Part shown: in pieces, positions 60,141-64,000 of the stretch
Position numbering within the stretch: the stretch's first letter is position 1
How the letters are laid out: each line of letters starts with the position of its first letter
Assembly: GCA_900550865.1 (NCBI GenBank)
Contig: URTM01000014.1
Coordinates: forward strand, 1,400 to 65,399
Source: an uncultured Dorea sp.
GTDB taxonomy: Bacteria; Bacillota; Clostridia; Lachnospirales; Lachnospiraceae
Length of the DNA: 64,000 nucleotides
Direction: 5' to 3'
Translations under genes and position numbers: made by a program
Notes under the pieces: generated by a model
Databases searched by the model: none
What the model saw: the letters and a program-made list of their open reading frames with translations, nothing else
Told to the model about the DNA's origin: nothing

Positions 60141-61508
60141 TTATGATCTTTCTTCCATTCTTTTTAACTCCGGCAGCACAATACACAGCATCGTGATAAA
60201 GCAAAGACTTCCTCCGATCACATTCGATACCGGTTCTGCAAGAAATACACCATCCGTTCCCATATATAATGCATACGGCATCAGATAAGTCAGCGGAACT
60301 ACGATCACAACTTTTCGAAGTATCGAGAAGAAGATTGCCTGTCTCTTCTTATTCAATGACTTGAACACCGTCTGTCCCATATACTGCAGATCCATAAAAA
60401 TAAATGCTGCGAAATATTGTTTCAATGCAGGAACTGCATCTTTCATTAACATCTTATCTGAACTGAATATCCGGATCAGCACTTCCGGGATCACGATAAT
60501 ACTGCCCCACATCACACCGGTATAGACCAGGATCATAACTGCGAGAACAACCATCGCTTTTCTGACATATCCCGGTCGTCGTGCTCCGTAATTATAACTC
60601 AGGATCGGAGAGGTTCCTTCATTCATTGCATGGATCGGCGTCTCTACAAGCTGCCGCACACTGGTAATAATCGTCATAACGGAAATATAAATATCTCCAC
60701 CGGTAACCGAAAGTACGTTATTACAGCAGATTGATACCAGACTATTTGTAAGCTGCATGATAAATCCAGCCATGCCAAGGCTTACAATATTCTTTGCATA
60801 CCCGCTACATTCTCCAAACTCTTCTTTCTTTAAAAGGCGTACTTTCAATTCCGCTCTTTTTGTAAGAAAGACAAATACAAATAACGCAGACATCGTCTGT
60901 GACAATACTGTAGCGATCGCAGCTCCCTGTACACCAAATCCCAGCACAAAAATGAATAGCGGATCCAGGATCAGATTTGCGACTGCACCGACCGTAACCG
61001 AAAGCATACCGATCACCGAATATCCCTGCGCATTAATGAATGGATTCATTCCCACTGCAAGCATTGACGGCAGTGTACCGATCAGATAGATCATCATATA
61101 TGGATATGCATAGTCAAGTGCCGCATTTGAGGCTCCAAACAGTACCAGTACCGGACGTGCAAAAAGCATTCCTGTGACCATCAGTATCACCGCACTCGCG
61201 CAGACCATGGAAAATGAAGTGTTCATAATCCTGACTGCCGTCTTCTCTTCCTTCTTTCCCCGGTAAATAGAAAACAGCGGCGCGCCTCCGCCTCCAAACA
61301 GATTTGCAAACGCTGTAATAATCATGATCAACGGAAAACAGATTCCAACCGCACCAAGTGCCGCTGTTCCCACATGTGGAATACGGGCGATGTATACACG
61401 GTCTACAATGTTATATAATAAATTCAAAAGCTGGGCAACAAGCATTGGAATGGCTGCTCCGAAAATATTTCCTGTTACCGTTCCATTTTCGAAATCAATT
61501 CTTTTCAT
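60141..61508 (-). CDS. MATE-family efflux transporter
   Basis: LYNIVDRVYI, NLILDPLFI, GAAIAT, SYNYGA. Confidence 0.92.
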   Translation of the reverse strand: MKRIDFENGTVTGNIFGAAIPMLVAQLLNLLYNIVDRVYIARIPHVGTAALGAVGICFPLIMIITAFANLFGGGGAPLFSIYRGKKEEKTAVRIMNTSFSMVCASAVILMVTGMLFARPVLVLFGASNAALDYAYPYMMIYLIGTLPSMLAVGMNPFINAQGYSVIGMLSVTVGAVANLILDPLFIFVLGFGVQGAAIATVLSQTMSALFVFVFLTKRAELKVRLLKKEEFGECSGYAKNIVSLGMAGFIMQLTNSLVSICCNNVLSVTGGDIYISVMTIITSVRQLVETPIHAMNEGTSPILSYNYGARRPGYVRKAMVVLAVMILVYTGVMWGSIIVIPEVLIRIFSSDKMLMKDAVPALKQYFAAFIFMDLQYMGQTVFKSLNKKRQAIFFSILRKVVIVVPLTYLMPYALYMGTDGVFLAEPVSNVIGGSLCFITMLCIVLPELKRMEERS

Positions 61509-61691
61509 TTTCTACTTATTTCCTTTCTTTTTCTTGCGTTTTTAGTATAACATTGGTTATTATATATGTAAATTATTGTTTTTATATCATTATTCAATAT
61601 TTTTTGTATGGTTTATAATTACACCTTACACCATATGTAACTATATTTTCCATATATACCCGTACAGTAAGTTTTATAAAAAGGAGATGCC

Positions 61692-62546
61692 ATGGAACTC
61701 AAACAATTAGAATATTTCCGTGCTATCGTTGATGCCGGAACGATCAGTGGGGCTGCAAGAGATCTTCACATGACCCAGCCACCACTCAGCTATCAGATCA
61801 AAATGCTTGAAGAAGAACTTCAGGTACCGCTTCTTCTACGTGGGAAAAAAAGTATCACACTCACCGAGGCCGGTAAGACTCTTTACGAACAGGCCGGTAA
61901 TCTGCTGATGCTTTCCGATCTTGCCAAACGAGAAGTGATAAAATCCAGTCAGTCGGCAACGTTACACCTTGGAATGACACCTTCTACGGTATCGATGATG
62001 TCAGACCACCTTTTACGTTTTTCAAAGAAATATCCACAAGTACACTTTGATGTCCATGAAGGATCCACCTTTACTCTGAAAGACCAATTGGAAAATCACG
62101 TCATTGACCTGACCACTTTGCGAACCCCCATCGCTCTGAACGGATGTGAAACCCATACACTCTTAAAAGAAAGTCTCATGGCAATGGCAGTTCCGGAATA
62201 TCCCCTCCTTAAGGGTCGGGATTCTATTCCTTTACAGGAACTTTCCGAACAGCCTCTGATTCTTTCACAACGTTACCAGAAATATATGCTCTCAGCATTT
62301 GAACGTGCAGGACTTGTGTGTGATATCTATTTTACCTGCGGGGATGCCCGCACCGCCATGACTATGGCCGAAAAAGGGCTTGGAATCGCGATTCTTCCCG
62401 CATCTATGCAGACACTTTCTCAAAAGCTCAGGCCATGCATGATTTCCGATACCGATCTTATGACGGAGATTCTTCTTGCGTGGAGAAAAGAACGGCTTCC
62501 TGATGAAATCCGGGATTTTCTGAAAATGTGGAATATAGAAAAATAA
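61692..62546 (+). CDS. LysR-family regulator
   Basis: MELKQLEYF...ISGAARDLHMTQPPLSYQIKMLEEEL...LTEAG. Confidence 0.93.
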   Translation: MELKQLEYFRAIVDAGTISGAARDLHMTQPPLSYQIKMLEEELQVPLLLRGKKSITLTEAGKTLYEQAGNLLMLSDLAKREVIKSSQSATLHLGMTPSTVSMMSDHLLRFSKKYPQVHFDVHEGSTFTLKDQLENHVIDLTTLRTPIALNGCETHTLLKESLMAMAVPEYPLLKGRDSIPLQELSEQPLILSQRYQKYMLSAFERAGLVCDIYFTCGDARTAMTMAEKGLGIAILPASMQTLSQKLRPCMISDTDLMTEILLAWRKERLPDEIRDFLKMWNIEK

Positions 62547-62615
62547 AAAAGCAGAGTATCTTTCGCACACATAAGGCGCCGGAGATACTCTGTTCTTTCT
62601 TTTGACACGAATTAA

Positions 62616-62885
62616 TTACTTAGACATAAATGATACGAATTTCACACGCTGATCCATCCAGTCGCCGATCAGTCCGATTACTTTTCCCATTGTAAAAGCT
62701 GCCAGGATCGTTCCAACTCCGAGTCCATCCAGATGTCCCAGAAGCAGACCGGTCATAAGTGCTGTCACCGCCAGACAGATCACATCAAAAGACACCTTGA
62801 TCCTTGAATATCTGATTCCTGTAATATCTGCCAGTTCTCTCCTGATCACAGATAACTCTTTTTCTCCCTTGACTTGTTCTAACAT
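62616..62885 (-). pseudogene. Internally truncated YczE/YitT (DUF6198-like) membrane protein
   Basis: Only the C-terminal repeat is present (K..FD, G+G+GT+..A...G); strong RBS GAGGAGG; about 89 aa versus roughly 200+ aa expected for the family. Confidence 0.6.
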
Positions 62886-62992
62886 AATCATTCCTCCTCA
62901 GTACAACTTACTTATTGTAATACTGTGAAGTTAGCCGGTCAAGAGAGACAGGACTATTTCACGATCTTTCACTCCTGGTCTTTCGCAGCTCA

Positions 62993-64000
62993 TTACTTCT
63001 TCCAGACACACTCTCTGGTAATCTCGTCCAGACTCGTCACTCCGCACATTTTCATCGTGTCTTCCAATTCGGTTCCTATCTTGTCTATGTAAGATTTCAC
63101 TCCTTCTTCCGCACCTCCGTAAACAGCCATTACAAATGGTCTCGCAATGATCACCGCATCTGCTCCCAGTGCCAGAGCCTTGAATACATCTACTCCGCTT
63201 CGGATTCCGCCGTCTACGAATATCTTCATGGAATCGCCCACTGCCTTGGCAATCTCTTCCAACACTTCCGCAGTTGCCGGACACTGATCCAGTACACGGC
63301 CGCCATGATTCGATACTACGATTGCAGAAGCTCCTGCCTCTTTCGCCTTTAATGCACCTCTGACCGTCATAACACCTTTCACAATAAACGGTGTTCCCGC
63401 CATTTTTACAATCTGTTCCAGTTCCTTCACCGTCTTGCTTCCTGCCGGCGGCTCCATGTTCTTAAGAAATGGAAGTCCTGCTGCATCGATATCCATTGCC
63501 ACCGCAAATGCCTTTGATTCATGAACCATCTTCATCTTCTCTGCAACCGTATCTATATTCCATGGTTTTACAGTCGGAATTCCGATTCCATCTGCTTTTT
63601 TAATTGCTTTTGTCGCTGCAGTCATTACATTGCTGTCTACGCCATCTCCCGTAAATGCCGCAATCCCATTTTCTGCACATGCTGACACCAGAATATCATT
63701 ATATGCCACATCATCCAGGCAGTCTCCGTAATGTAATCCAACTGCCCCAACCGGTCCTGCAAAGACTGGATACCGGAACTTCTGACCAAAGAGTTCCAGT
63801 GATGTATCCACTGGTTTATTCTCCGCAATCGTATCCATCTGGACACGGATTTCTTTCCATTTATCATAGTTGCGGATAGCCGTATCCCCGATTCCTTTAG
63901 CGCCTGGTCCTGGCATCTGATTCTTACATGCACGTCCGTTACACTCCGGACAGGCCTTACAGTAATTTCCAATGCGTGTTCTTGCATTTTCTATGCATTC
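62993..64000 (-). CDS. FMN-dependent alpha-hydroxy-acid oxidase/dehydrogenase with N-terminal Cys cluster (start lies outside the window)
   Basis: VKG, SNHGGRVLD, DGGIRSG; frame stays open to the window edge and gives ECIENARTRIGNYCKACPECNGRAC. Confidence 0.88.
   Translation of the reverse strand, partial: ECIENARTRIGNYCKACPECNGRACKNQMPGPGAKGIGDTAIRNYDKWKEIRVQMDTIAENKPVDTSLELFGQKFRYPVFAGPVGAVGLHYGDCLDDVAYNDILVSACAENGIAAFTGDGVDSNVMTAATKAIKKADGIGIPTVKPWNIDTVAEKMKMVHESKAFAVAMDIDAAGLPFLKNMEPPAGSKTVKELEQIVKMAGTPFIVKGVMTVRGALKAKEAGASAIVVSNHGGRVLDQCPATAEVLEEIAKAVGDSMKIFVDGGIRSGVDVFKALALGADAVIIARPFVMAVYGGAEEGVKSYIDKIGTELEDTMKMCGVTSLDEITRECVWKK

Noticed and set aside
119..63987. Numerous 60-250 aa antisense or overlapping ORFs in the track (e.g. 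119..637, 4191..4841, 39791..40531, 59224..59937)
   Set aside because: Shadow frames of well-supported genes, with no motifs or RBS.

Overview
Core-chromosome window from a Firmicute (Clostridia). Gene content and order resemble gut Lachnospiraceae; the organism assignment is inference. Most genes lie on the minus strand. From the left: partial ppdK, an M18 aminopeptidase, then a threonine/glycine catabolic cluster (tdh-kbl, sstT, the glycine reductase operon grdX-E-B-trxB-trxA-grdA-C-D with two UGA-selenocysteine genes split by the ORF track, a glycine riboswitch, an alanine/glycine symporter and glyQS). Next come recO-yqzL-era, an M16 peptidase, a lysine-riboswitch-controlled NhaC/LysW transporter, pyruvate:ferredoxin oxidoreductase, a 288-bp imperfect palindrome, two CobW-type GTPases, a membrane pyrophosphatase, an ECF core, an aryl-sulfate sulfotransferase-like lipoprotein, a divergent proC/GntR pair with clear operators, and housekeeping genes. 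Near the right end are a GGDEF-histidine kinase-receiver fusion apparently co-transcribed with a small alarmone synthetase, a MATE/LysR pair, an internally deleted YczE-type gene and a partial FMN hydroxyacid oxidase. I found no CRISPR array, transposase, prophage, tRNA or rRNA. The best novelty candidates are the 288-bp palindrome, the GGDEF-kinase plus alarmone synthetase operon, the physically linked Thr-to-Gly-to-glycine reductase module, and a dispersed REP-like repeat family.
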